Origin: Lama guanicoe
Taxonomy: Eukaryota
Assembly: GCA_013239625.1 (NCBI GenBank)
Contig: MU054049.1
Coordinates: forward strand, 2,359,892-2,409,403
Reading direction: 5' to 3'
Length of the DNA: 49,512 nucleotides
The notes under the pieces are model-generated. The model was not told the origin of the DNA. It saw only the letters and a program-made list of their open reading frames with translations, and made no database searches. The first letter of the stretch is position 1. Each line of letters begins with the position of its first letter. A program made the translations under genes and the position numbers. This document shows, one piece after another, positions 26,501-39,143 of the stretch.

Positions 26501-26900
26501 TTCTTCATGTGCCTGGCTGAGGATTTGTCAATTGTATATTTTCCAAAAAAACCTGCGCTTGTTTCACTGATCTTTTCTATTTTTTTCATTGTATTTTCTT
26601 TTTTTCCTCTCTGATATTTATTTTTTCCTTCCTGCTACTGACTTTGGGCTTTGTTATTCTTTTTCTGATTTCTTTAGATGGTTAGGTTAGATTGTTTGAG
26701 ATTTTTCTTGATTTTTGAGTTAAGCCTGTCTCGCTATAAACTTTACTCTGAGAATTGCTTTTGCTGCATCCCAAAGACTTTGGAAAATTGTGTTTTTATT
26801 TTTATTTGTCTCAAGGTATTTTCTAATTTCCTTTTTAACTTTTTCATTACTTTCCTGTTTCTTTGTGTGATCTGTAATTTTTTGTTGAAAACCAAACATT
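23570..26900 (-). mobile_element. Patchwork of L1 fragments of different ages, interrupted by the LTR at 25808
   Basis: T-rich antisense ORF2-like sequence and an L1 3' end starting ~25465 (AGCTTTATTGAGATATAAT). Boundaries approximate. Confidence 0.7.
25808..26338 (-). mobile_element. Solo ERV1-type LTR inserted in an L1 3' region
   Basis: TSD GTAC at 25804-25807 and 26339-26342. Ends (C)GTTGCC...TTACA, AATAAA on the minus strand near 25892-25897. L1 sequence resumes on both sides. Confidence 0.85.
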
Positions 26901-26977
26901 TTAGGTAATACAGCCTATCAGCTCTGAATACTGCACCTCTTGCCCCAGGGTTATTCTTCTTTGCTTGTTTGTTTAGT

Positions 26978-27502
26978 TGAGGCGGGAAGCCCCATAAAAA
27001 GACTGGCAGGACCCCCTAGGCAGGGCTGCTGCTCTCTCAACACTCTTTGGTTCCCTGGCCCAGAGGCTGTAACTTACACCTAGAATTCTATTGGTTCCCT
27101 GAGCTCACTTCTGATTGGTTATTTCCTTCACTCCTGATTGGTTATTACTCTCCCTTCTGATTGGTCTACTTTCCTAACTTGATTGGTCCATTTGTAGTAC
27201 TTCATTTGCATGGAGCTCACTCCTGATCGGTCTATTTCTACAAAGCTTGTTCCTGGTTGGTCAACTTCTGTTGTATGTACTTTATTTGCATATGATGTTG
27301 CAAAGTGTAAAACTGGCAGCCTATAAAAAGCCTGTGCAACCCTACAGACAGGGTCCAGAGCTTGGGGTGTTAACTTCTCTGGGCCTGCTGGTGTAATTAA
27401 ATCTGAGTTCTCCAACTCTTGAGTGCTGCTTGGTCTCGCCCAGATCCAGGTTGCTGTCACAACTGAGTTGTAACAGGAGCTGTAACTCATTTTTCCTTAA
27501 CA
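26978..27502 (+). mobile_element. Solo LTR of the same family as the provirus at 36953
   Basis: TGAGGCGGGAAGCCCC...AACA, colinear with 36953-37494. Own TSD TAGT at 26974-26977 and 27503-27506. No PBS follows. Confidence 0.92.
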
Positions 27503-27931
27503 TAGTGACTGGTTGGATCATTTTAGTGATGTCTGTTTCCTCCCCACAGTGTTAAGTCTTACCGAAGCACAGCACTGGGTATGCCCACAGCAACTCTGGA
27601 AGGTCTCTCTTCCACTCTTTTCCTGATCATTCCCAACTGAAACTCCACTAACGGCAAGCTGGTGGCTGTATTGTTTTCAACAATGCTCTGGGGTGTAAAT
27701 GCCTCTACAGATGATTTCAGTAACATTGTGGCTCCCTGGATGGAACAGCTTCTGAGGTCAATGTTTGATACATATTCTCACCCCAGAAGGCTCCCCCCAG
27801 CTGTCTTACCCTGTGGTTCTTCCCTGTGAACCTGTATCTTTATTTTTACCCATGAATATACTCCCAATTGCCTTTCACCAAAGCATCCACTGTTCTTGAG
27901 AGTGCTCTAGCTTTTATCTTTGACTGGATTT

Positions 27932-28195
27932 TTTATTTACTTATTTAAAGGCCACAGAAATTTATCCTCATGGTTTTGGAGACTAAAAGTCTAAAATCAG
28001 AGTCAAGGTGTCCGCAGTGCCAAGGTCCCTCCAAAGGCTCTGGGGAAGAACTCTTTCCCCCTTCCTAGTGTCCAGTGACTGTTGGCAATCCCTGCTCTTT
28101 GGTGTATAGATTCATGGTTTGAATGTCTGTTTTCATGTGGTCTCTTTCAATTTTTAAAAAATTTTTATATCTTATTGAAGTATAGTCGGTTTACA
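27932..28195 (-). mobile_element. L1 3' tip with ~200 bp of 3'-transduced MLT1-like LTR sequence
   Basis: TSD TGA(C/T)TGGATTT at 27921-27931 and 28196-28206. On the minus strand it encloses an L1 terminus, an A-rich tract, an MLT1-like fragment and a second A-rich tail. Confidence 0.72.
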
Positions 28196-29614
28196 TGATT
28201 GGATTTAAATTTACAATTTTCTATTTGCTTTGTCTCAATCTATTTTTGCCCACTATTCTCATTTTATGCTTTCTTTTGCAATTTATCACATAATACCTCA
28301 AGTGGCAGTATGATACTAATGTATAATGTATAAAAACCTTACAGTAGCATTATTTCATTTCTTCCCAAGTAGCCTTTGTGTCATTGTCATCATTCATTTT
28401 ACTTTCAAATATATTATAAACCCCACAGTTATTTTTCTTTGACTAGTTTAGTATCTTTTAAAGAGATGTAAATAAGAAATAAAATGTTATTTTTTATTCC
28501 TAGAGTCACCAATTCTGGGAATCTTTATTCCTTTCAGTGAATCTAAATTTCCACCTGCGGTAATTCTCCTTCTGAAGATTTTCTTTGACATTTCTTACTG
28601 TTTGTATTTGCTGGTATATTCCTTTTACTTTATTCTGAAATATTTTTCACCTTTATTTTTGAAAGATGTTTTTACTGGATATAAAATTCTACACTGACAA
28701 TTTTTTTCCTTTCAGTACTTTAAAGGTGTTTTTCCACTGTTTTTGCATTAATTCTATAGAAGGTGTTCTGTATTTGTTACCTTTGCCTCTGTATGTAATG
28801 TGTCTTTTTTACTCTGGCTGTTTTAAAAATTTTCTATCACTAGTTGTAAGCATGTTTTGGTGTGTTTTGGTGTGATTTTCTCATTGTTTATTGTGCCTTG
28901 GGTTTATTTAACTTCCTAGGTCTGGACAATATTTTTCATTAAATTTGGATGGATTTTAGCCGTTAATTCAAATACTTTTATGTTCTGTTCTACTCCTTAT
29001 CTACTTACGGGGTTTAATCACATATATATTAGGTTATTTGAAGATGTTTTCCAACTCACTGATGCACTAACCTTATGTTTTTAGTTTTTTTCCATTTGTG
29101 CTTAATGTGGGTAGATTCTACTGTTATTTTAAGTTCACTAATTTTTTTTTCTGCAAGACCTAATATGCTATTAATTGTATTTAGTGTATTAATTTCAGGC
29201 ATTGTGGCTTAAATCTCTAGAAATTCAATTTGAGTCTTTACATCCTCTTTGTTACCATATAGCATGCTTTTCTCTAGCTTTTTGGACATACGGAATTTAG
29301 TGATAACTGTTTTAATGGCCTTGTCTACTATTTTTGTCTACTACTATTTTGTCATTTATGAGCTGGTTTTGATTCATTTTCTCCCTAGGTATGTCCCTAT
29401 GTCTTTGCATGTCTGGTATGCAAATCATGATTGCTGTGGAAATTATTTTTAGATTCTGTGGATACCTTAGATAACAATGTTCAATATTTTGTTCTAGGGA
29501 AAAACGAGCCTTTCTTGAGTCTTCTGGTTTCACAGAGGAAAGGATTCAACAAAGACTTACGATAAAAATGTAGAAAGATGGATGTTGGGAGGAATCTTGT
29601 ATAGGATGGAGAGA

Positions 29615-29959
29615 AAAAAAATATAGATATCACTTATATGTGGAATCTAAAAAAAAAAGACAAGTGAACTTAAATATGAAACAAACAGACTCACAGACAT
29701 AGAATACAAACTTGTGGTTGCCAGGAGGGAGTAGGGTGGGTAGGGGCAGGCTAGGAGTGATACCTGTAGATACTGACAGGTATATATGGAGTAGATGAAC
29801 AAGTTTATACTGTATAACACAGGGTAATATAGTCAAGATCCTGTAGTGGCTCATGGTGAAGAGGATGAGGGCAAATATGTGTATATTCATGTGTGACTGA
29901 AAAACTTATACACCAGAAATTGACACATTGTAAACTGACTATAACTCAATAAAAAAAAA
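29615..29959 (+). mobile_element. 5'-truncated L1 3' end with poly(A)
   Basis: TATCACTTATATGTGGAATCTAAAA...CAGACTCACAGACATAG...GACACATTGTAAACTGACTATAACTCAATAAAAAAAAA. Confidence 0.85.
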
Positions 29960-32900
29960 GGAAGGTATGAGACAAGGCCAGTAGTTGCATGTGAGGGAAA
30001 ACTACAAGAGGAAGGACTTCAGCTGGGCAATAAGGAATCAACCAAAAATCAATAATTGTATTATTTTGATAACTGGTCCTCTCTGAGGTTAGGCAGTGGT
30101 ATTGTCCAGGCGGGTCTCCTCATGATGTTCTGCAGATCCCTAAGTTTGCATATGTTTGCACGCATCTCCTTGGTCAGGAGACCTCCCTTCTCTGCTAAGC
30201 CTTACAGTCTCACAGATCCTGCTCTCTGTCAGTCAGGCATGCCACACTTCCGCTTGGCACTCATTCTCTGTCACATGGCAACTTTTGGGGGTTATGCTTA
30301 ATACTTCAAACTCCCATCTCTGGGACTCCTTCCAGATACTGCATAAGGATGCTCGAACTCTTGCATTCATTTTCTGACTTTCTTCTTTTGACTTCCAAAG
30401 TTGACCCTTTGCCTCTCTACTTCTGCCCCGTCGCCTTCACCTTCCCCCTGCTTCCTGTATAAATGTAATAATCACTCCTCTTCCCCTTTTTTGAATCTCT
30501 TTAGGGAGTATTGTAGAATTCAACCTGACCGCCAGTCTGTTTCATTTGTACTACGTTTAGTTTCCTCTTGCATATCTGTGGCAATTGTTCACTTTTTACA
30601 GAAATTTATTCTCCCTTTTTCCTGTATGTATGACTTCCCATCTTGACTACATTTCCCAGCTTCCCTTGCAGATGAGGTAATCTTACTGAATTTTTGCTGG
30701 GAGAGTGTGAGCAGAAGTTCTGTGCAACATCTTCCTCGCTTGCTTAAAATAAATTTCTTTCCCTGGGCTTCTGGTCTCTTCCCTTACTGCAAGCTGAAAT
30801 TTAGAGTTTATGGCAACTTTCATGGTGGTGAAGAGAGTAAACAGCTTAGGGGACCAAGAATTACTGACTTGGGAGAAACCTGGGTCCCTTAATACTCAAT
30901 GGAGCAAGGCTACCCCATCAATCTGGAAACTACCCCACCACTCATGCTTCCCTTCAGATTGCTGAGTGAACGAGGAAAGATTAAGCCAGCGACATATTTG
31001 ATTCTCTTCATTATAGCAGGTTAGCGTTTTACATACATTTATTCTTACATGGTAACATATCAGTAGTATCACAAGAAAGGCATTCTTTGCTTACGTATCT
31101 TTTATTTTCTTGAAAAAAAGATAACCTACTTGGACTGAATGCTGCCAAGGCAGAATTTTCCAGTGTAACTGTGTCTATTGAGGACCCATCTGTAATAACA
31201 CCTGACAAGGTATCTAAAATGGATTCATATATATCTCATCTCTTTAAGTCCAAAGAGACGTCTTCAAGGTAGATAATATTACTCCCATTCAATAGATTAA
31301 AAATTGATATTCAGAGAGATTATGAGATTTATACAAATTGTCACAGCTACTTAAGTAACACAGAGCTCAAAGCTATTTGTGAATTATTTAGTTTAGTGCT
31401 TGCTCCAAGTATACTATACTGCTTATAAAATGAGAATTCTTTGAAGTGCCTTTGAATAACAAACACACTTAACTCTAACCAAACTCATCAGTCATGCAAC
31501 CAACAATTATGTGATAAGTGCCTGTTATGTTCAGGGAATTTTCAGAGGGTGGCAGGTAATCGATATCCAGCCTGTTCCCTGATGGCTGAGGCTGGCTGAT
31601 GTGTGGATTGTGGTTGGATATGAGCCTCCAAGACATGGGGTCTCAAAGTCTGACCCCGAAGTAATGTCAGTGCTAAGTTGGCAGGAAAACAAAGCTCGCC
31701 AAAAGAAAAGATTCCTTGTGTTTTTGACTTACAGCTGGATGGCAGTATTTTTCTGTTTCCTTTTACTTTTGGCTGTATAACTTTCAGATGGTAAGTGTTG
31801 AAATCACACCCAGGATTTAGGTATGTGGGCTTGGAAAGAGTTAGGCAGTACGGGTGGACCTTACAACACTCGGACGATTGCCAGACTGAAGAACTTCCTT
31901 AAGGTGATAACTGGTCCCCTAAGAAATGATCCACTCCTGCCATCCTGCCATCCTGCCTCATGTTTCCTCTGGAGCCAATCAGACTTCAAAAATACTTCCT
32001 GATTCTAATGAAAACTTTTATTTTTCTTTTCATCCCACTAATCCTCAAGGTAAAATGTATTATTAGGATCATATGTTTGTTTTAAGAGCTTTATTGAGAT
32101 ATAATTGGGATATAAAGTACTGCACATATGTAAGGCACATAGATTGATAAGTATGACATATGCAATCATTTTATTTTGAATGTAGAAATTTCAACTTTAA
32201 AACGTGATACCTGGGCTATGAGATGTCTCACCCTTCCTTTAGTTTTTCAAATCATGAAGATCTGACCTACCTCATTGATCTGGGGACAACTGCAGTGATT
32301 TAGCTCTAAAAGTTACACAGCACTGCAGGAAGGCAGCAACGCTGCCCTCTCATTGTTTCAGGGTACAACCGAGTGGACAAATCCTCCATGTCTATCTAGA
32401 CTGAAAAATTCTCTTAATCATGATCCATTAAAGATGACAGAGGCAAGTTGCAAGTGGTTAACTGAATCTTTGGGATTGAATAAAAACATTGTTTGCTATT
32501 GCAGATGGAAACAGAGTAGAATTAAATCAATGATGTTGATTTGATATTGATTTAGAAGGGATGAGTTGTCTGTCCATGGTTCTTCATCCAGTATTCTCAT
32601 TGTTTTTCATAATAAGCACAATGATTTTGAGCATGAGATTCAAGAATTTGATGAACCAGCCATAGGCTGACTGGCATTGGCACATAGGTTGGTATGGACC
32701 AAGTCTAATCTCTTCTGACAGAATTTTCACACTTAAGTAACAAGTTGAAGGCCTTAGTGATCTCAAAGGCTTTGCATTGAAAAGGGCTTTAAAAACCACC
32801 ACTAATGACTTAATATGACTACTAACAGGTTTTCAACATGCCATGAAGATCGTATATTGTGTTAACCATCTATCTTGGTTTCTTGTAGTTTATATGTATA

Positions 32901-34011
32901 TATATATATATACATTTACATTTTGTAATGAATTGAAAAAATAAAATAATACTTACAGGAGTATTGAGTGTTAGAGAGCATTACTCATTTGACAAAAGGT
33001 AGCTAGGAGACTTGATTTATATCCTTAGAAAATGGATAATCCAGTTTGGAAGACACTATTATCCGTGATGGTGAACAAAAAAGAAAAGGCATGAAGAGGG
33101 CTGCATTGCAGAGTGTGGTGTGATGGTGTTGTGGATGCACAGAGTTGTGTGTGGTGTGGAAGAGCCCTGCCCTAGGGGGGAGGAAGACATGGGTTCATAT
33201 TCAGACCCTTTTAGAGCAGTCAACCCATTTGAACCCAGTTTCCTTCCAAGTATGAAGACAGTAAGTCAACCTAGAGATGCTGCGAAGATAAAGTGAGAGA
33301 ACTAAACACAGCGGTACTGAGTGAGTGATCATTGAGGACAGGAGCAGCCGGGGAAGCTTGGGTGTCAGTGCTCCTCAGCCCTGCCTGGCTCAGAGTGATG
33401 TTCATGGTGGTGAGCTGGAAAGGGTAAGTGGGAGATAACTGACATACAACCACACAGAAAGGGGCTGCTGGGGCAGCTGTGGATTTGAATTTCTAAAAGT
33501 TAGCTAGTGAGGAGAAACAGCTGGGATGGGAAAATAAGAAACCATTCAGTGGTTCCTGATGTAAAGCGGATCCTATTTAGCTCAGGAAGCCTCAGGCTCC
33601 TGGGTGATACCATCCCTACTCAGGAGAGGCCAAATAAGGGAGCTTCCTGACAGAGATGGACCATCAATCTAGGGCCTTTCCTTAGTCCTAGATTATCTCA
33701 CCCAGCTCCCAAAGCCCATCTTATTTTAGGCTCTGCATTTTTTTCCCTTGCTCTTCAAAGTCACACAGGTCCATTTAAGTTCTCAGATCACTTCTCTTTC
33801 CTGTTGAACCCCCTATTTTGGGCTCTGCTCTGTTCATCTCATCCATCTGCGTCCTATCTGAGCAGCTGGTCCTCTCTGTAGTCCTCATGGTCCGGATAGA
33901 GCACCGCCCCCCACCCTCCATTGAGTGTTGTCTTGGAGTTTTCCTTCTCAGCCCAAATGCATTCTTTTCCTTCAACTGACCTGGCAACTGAGACTTTGTT
34001 CTTTCTGTGGC

Positions 34012-34013
<2 letters not shown>

Positions 34014-34057
<44 letters not shown>

Positions 34058-34061
34058 TGTG
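34014..34061. repeat. (TG)n microsatellite
   Basis: Direct inspection; one TA interruption. Confidence 0.95.
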
Positions 34062-34630
34062 AACTGACACCAACTTGCCTCCCTTGGCTGAGACAGAGAA
34101 GCAGCTCATGCTTCCCCGTAATGTTATCTCATAACAGTCCTTGTGATTTGATGCAGGCAAACTCGTGACCACACAGGCAGCATTTTCTATGACTGGCTGA
34201 CTATGGCTTGACATTATCAATTCTTTGAAGAACCACAGACAGCTGGTAGAACTTTCACTTCTCCCATATCTCTGCTTTGTGTCTTTGATAATATGTATCA
34301 GTCAAGGAAAGCGCATCCTTCCCTTGAATGATTCTCCACCTGTAAGTCCTCACCGTCTTGTTCCCCCTGACTCAAGCAGAGCTCCTGCAAGTGGAAGAAA
34401 CCAGACTGATCTGCCAGCACCAGCAGCCACATGATGAAGGGTTTGACTGATGGAGATAAGATATGGGCTTGTGGTACATCCAGCTCCCTCTCTGTGGAGG
34501 CTGCTTCATGAACTGCAGACTTCGTGACATTCCTGTCCTTTGGCCCCAGACACTATGGCACTTGCATGCTTCTGTTTTGTATTGGCTTTCACTCTTCAGT
34601 TTAGGAATAGATCCTTGGGTGCAGCTACAG

Positions 34631-34854
34631 CAGGGTTTGTCAGCCTCAACACTGTTGACATTTGGGCTGCATCACTGTCGTAGGGGTTGACTTCTGCATT
34701 GTAGAATATTTAGCAACATGCTTGGCCTCTGCTAGCCAGAGGCCAGTAGGACCACCCCAGCTGTGACAACCAAGAATGTCTTCAGACGTTGCCAAATCTC
34801 CTTGAGGGGGCGAAGTGAGGAGGGAACAGAATCATCCCTGGATGCGAACCACTA
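34631..34854 (+). mobile_element. MER20-like hAT DNA transposon
   Basis: CAG...CACTGTTGACATTTGGGC...TGTGACAACCAAGAATGTCTTCAGACGTTGCCAAAT...GAACCACT; 8-bp TSD AGCT(A/G)CAG at 34623-34630 and 34855-34862. Confidence 0.85.
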
Positions 34855-35740
34855 AGCTGCAGCCAACCGGAGATGACCACTCACATTTTGGAAGGATCTG
34901 CGTTGCTATGCCACTTCTGCCACTCTGACTACTGCCTCCAGCTAACATGACAGCTTCTGTATGTCAGGGCTGGGACTCAGTGCTGCCACAACTTGTCTCT
35001 AGTTTTCCAGCAATGCTGTAAGAGGCTAGGTAACGTGGCCAAGTCACGCAGTGAGTGGGTGTGGGTGGTAGGATTCGAAAGGCAGCTATGAATTCAGAGC
35101 CTGAGCTTTTAACCATCAAAGTATATTCTAGCCTGTCATGAAGCCCAGCTTCCAGTACTGTCCATGGTTGTGACAAGGGACTTTGTTAATAAGCAGCAAG
35201 CCAAGAGCACTAATGCAATCCACATATATCCCAATGCAAAGAGCGCTGTGACATTTCTTAGGCCAGGCATGGAGGCACTGTGGATCTAAGCACTGGCACC
35301 ATTTCCATCATTTCCTTCATAACCATGGCATGCTATATAATCTTCCATCATTTTAATTCCTTAAATGCCTCTGGTAAATAGTTGTTAAATTTTGTTGAAC
35401 CATGTTTATGACCAGACAGAAGTGAAATGAAAAGCATAAACTACTGAATTTTTGAAATTTCAGGCACATGATTTATTATCAGAAGCACAGAAATTGACTA
35501 AAGATTTTGTAATTAAAATCAATTGTTATCAGTATGTGGAATATCTACTGAGAATATAGTTATGCATAACAGGGTAAACTGGCTTTGAGAAAACATTTCC
35601 ATTTTGCTGGGGATATGTAAATAGGTCATGTGAGGTCTGCCACAGACTCTCCATCAGGAACACTGTGGACTGTTACATTGACTGGAATGAAAACGCATAG
35701 TGTACTGAAGCCTTCCACTCTATGGCCATGTGATTTTTTT

Positions 35741-36634
35741 TTATTTTGATATTTTCATTCAGAATATCATCTCCTTCAGAGCCTTGTGGACCTGCTTGTT
35801 CTGCAAAGTGTAGATGAAAGGGTTCAGCAGCGAGGTCACCACTGTTCATAAGGGCATCCTTCCTGTTAAGAGTCTAGACTGTTCACTTGCTTTAGTTTCA
35901 TGTATATAAAGACACAGCTACCAAAGATGAGAGAGAGAACAATGAGGTGAGAGGAGCAGGTAGAGAAAGCTTTCTGTCACTCCTTGGCTGATGGGAGTCA
36001 CATGGCTGTGATTACTATGTTGCAGTGATGGTTATAATGAGGAATAGCAGAATGACAAATGAAGTGAGGAAGGAGAAATACATTTTAACAGATCTGGTGT
36101 CAGAACAGGAGAGATGGGTCAGGGGGCCGAGGTCACAGAAGGGTAACTGGGAAACCTTCACTGGACCAGTGATGAGAGTGAAGCCCAAAGCAAAGCAGTG
36201 ACCAGGAGGAAGCAAGTCCTCAGGTTCACGATGGTCAGGTAATGCAGAGGCTTGCAAATGGCCAAGTACCGATCCAGAGACATCACTGCTATGAGAAGGA
36301 AACCTGCTGCTCCCAGAAATAAAAAGACAAAGGCTTGTATGAAACAGGCAGGGAAGGAAATCTTTTGCTTGCCTAAAAGAAAGATGGCCAGGAACTTCAG
36401 AATAACAGCACTTGTGAAACAAGACTCAATGAAGGAGAAAGTGCTGAGGAAACAGTACATAGGTGTCTGGAGTCTGGATTCAGCATAGATAATGATGACT
36501 ATGAGTGTATACCCTGCAATGGACACCAGGTATGCCAGCAGATGCACCAGGAAGAGGACTTGCCCCAGATGCTGGACAGCAGGAAGTCCCTCCAAAGTGA
36601 ATTCTTGGACAGTTGTCCCATTCCCCATTTCCAT
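35741..36634 (-). pseudogene. Olfactory receptor pseudogene, family 6 (OR6D-like by recalled synteny)
   Basis: Motifs: NGT sequon, LQTPMY, MSLDRYLAICKPLHY, KAFSTCSSHL, LLNPFIYTL. Frameshift near 36195, apparent loss of ~10 codons in ECL2 (LPFCDLGPL), in-frame stops (36015-36017, ~35977-35979, 35759-35761). Confidence 0.93.
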
Positions 36635-37498
36635 GAATATCTTTCCACAGCAACAGCATCTGTGGATCTTAAGCTAAATATTTGAGCAAGCACGAAGATT
36701 TTAGGGAGTGCAAGATCAAGCTATCTGATTGCCTGAAAAACAGCTGGAAGTTAGCAACGTAATCCAATGAGTTTGTTCTTAAATTAGAAGGACCCGAGTT
36801 CAATACGGAGTACTAGTTCAATACTGAGTTCTAACCCCAGAGAGCTGGGTTATCTTTGAATAGTTAATTCTTTTGTGAACTTCCATGTAAAAGGAAGATG
36901 ACAGAATCTACCTGTTCATATTTTTATGAGAATTAAGTAGGAAAAAGCATGTTGAGGTGGGAAGCCCCATAAAAAGACCGGCAGGACCCCCTAGGCAGGG
37001 CTGCTGCTTTCTTCTTAGCACTGTTTGGTTCCCTGGCCCAGAGGTTCTATCTCACTTTTTGCCTCTAAAGCGGCTAACTTACACCTAGAATTTTATTCGT
37101 TCTCTGAGCTCACTTTTGATTGGTTATTTCCTTTACTCCTGATTGGTTATTACACTCACTTCTGTTTGGTCCACTTCCCTAACTTCTGATTGGTCCATCT
37201 GTAGTACTTCATTTGCATGGAACTCACTCCTGACTGGTCTATTTCTACAAAGCTTGTCCCTGGTTGGTCAACTTTTGTTGTACTTTATTTGCATATGATG
37301 CAAAGTGTAAAACTGGCAGCCTATAAAAGGCCTGTGTAAACCTACAGACAGGGTCCAGAGCTTGAAGTGTTAACTCCTGGTGTAATAAACCCGAGTTCTC
37401 CAACTCTCTGAGTGCTGCTTGGTCTCTTGCCTGGATCCAAGTTGCCGTCACAACTAAGCTGTAACACCGAGCTGTAACACATTTTTCTGCAACATTTC

Positions 37499-37519
37499 TG
37501 GAGGGGCCCCAGCGAGATT
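37499..37519 (+). promoter_or_regulatory. Primer binding site complementary to tRNA-Thr(UGU)
   Basis: TGGAGGGGCCCCAGCGAGATT, 4 nt after the LTR. The complement of the tRNA-Thr(UGU) 3' end, from memory, is TGGAGGCCCCAGCGAGAT; the window copy has two extra G. Confidence 0.8.
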
Positions 37520-38801
37520 CCAACCATGCCGGCCCCTTGAGCTGCCGGGACGGCGGAGCAACCACCTGGAGATCAGGAGCTCCGAAAGTGAATGAGGAGG
37601 CGCGCCACCCGACAGTATTCCGGGTCCTTCTTTGCGGAGGTGATTCAGTCCTCTGGGGGGCTGTGCCCCAACCGGACTCAGTGGAGGGATGGACCAACTC
37701 ATCAAACAACACGCCTGAATAAGGTAGGGGCCCTGGGAAACATCCATAGTTAGGTTAGGGTAACCAGGTTCTGTCCAAGTGGACAGAAGAGGAGATTGGT
37801 CACCTCCTCCAGGCTCCCCGCCTGACAGTAGTCTGGACGGGGGGATCAGGTTATGCTCCTCGCCTGGGTGGGGAGATCTAGTTATGCTCCCCGCCGGACG
37901 GTATTCCGATAGGGAGATCTGGTTAGATTAGGTTAGATAAGGGACGCCCCAGTGATAGGGAGGGAATGTGCAAATAATGTCTGTGTGTGTGTGTGGCCTG
38001 AAAAGCATGCAACCAGGTTCGAGTTTGTAGCTGCATGGCATTCTGCTATGGAGTTAGAGTGAGTCCCAACCTGCGGTTCCGTGGTGACCTCATACGGCTC
38101 ATGGCAGTATCGGCCCCTCGGTATCGATCGGAGTCAGCGGTTTATACTGACAGGCCGAAGCTGAGGCACCTTTGTCCCCGCCAGGGGAGCAGCCAGGTGG
38201 ATGCAGCGAAAACCCTCCCTTTGTCTCGTTTGTGACGCTGGCACAGGGTGGCTATACAGGGAGGGAAAGGGACATAGAACAGCCTATGAGTAAACGACCC
38301 TTGTGCCCTTAGGGACCAAGATGAGACTATGTTAAAGAGGTTGACCCAAACTCATCACCAGTCCCCCAGAATATCCTGTCGTGATTAATCAGCATCAATA
38401 CATTACTCTGTCTAAAATTAAGACCACAAGACCTGAGTCAGAGGGAGCCAACCCAGGACTGGCTGAAACACTTTTGAGGCTCCCCTTATTTTGGTTCATT
38501 TATTCTGCCTCCAGCCAGCCATCCTGGCCTCATATTTTGTCAATTCAGGCTATAAAAAGACTATAAAGGGACCCCTAGAGCTCATCCAGGCCTGAGGGAG
38601 TCTCAGGGTTACCTGCCTAATGTGGAAACCACAACTCATTGGCAGCACTTGCAGCCAAGCAGATAGATGTTAGGCCCAGTGAGGCAGCCAGCTTTCTGGG
38701 AACACTGTTTTGAGGAATGGGACAAAGATTCTGGGGTCACAATCCTTAGTGCCAGAAGCAGACCCACACCTATAGACCATAAAATCTATCAACTAGTAGT
38801 A

Positions 38802-39143
38802 ATGGGATCCTCAAAATCAAAGCCAACAGTTCTGGACTGAACGATTAAAATTTACAAAAAGGGTTTCTCAGGAAACTAAAATTGACACCACAGAAATTGC
38901 ACACGTTGTGCGAGTCAGAGTGGCCCACCTTTGGAGTGGGATGGTCCCTGGAAGGTACACTAGACCTGTCAGCTGATGGGGCCCTACACTGGATAATCAC
39001 CATGCCCCCAGGGCACCGCGACCAATTCCCACATACTGATTCTTGGCTAACAATCGCCCAGACCTTGCCTCCGTGGGTCCGGGTCTACGCAAATGGACAG
39101 GGACAATATAAGATCCTCATGGTCCCGACATTAAAGATAAAAA
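38802..39143 (+). pseudogene. gag: Defective gag matrix (MA) fragment
   Basis: MGSSKS (myristoylation pattern MGxxxS), early stop and frameshift, then KLHTLCESEWPTFGVGWSLEGTLDL...PGHRDQFPH, typical of gammaretroviral MA. Confidence 0.85.

Noticed and set aside
36158..36634. 158-aa ORF as an intact receptor
   Set aside because: Covers only the first half of a 7-TM receptor; the rest is frameshifted with stops.
26978..37494. The two similar LTRs as ends of one provirus that captured an OR gene
   Set aside because: Each has its own TSD (TAGT vs ATGT), the first has no PBS, and the second is followed by PBS and gag.
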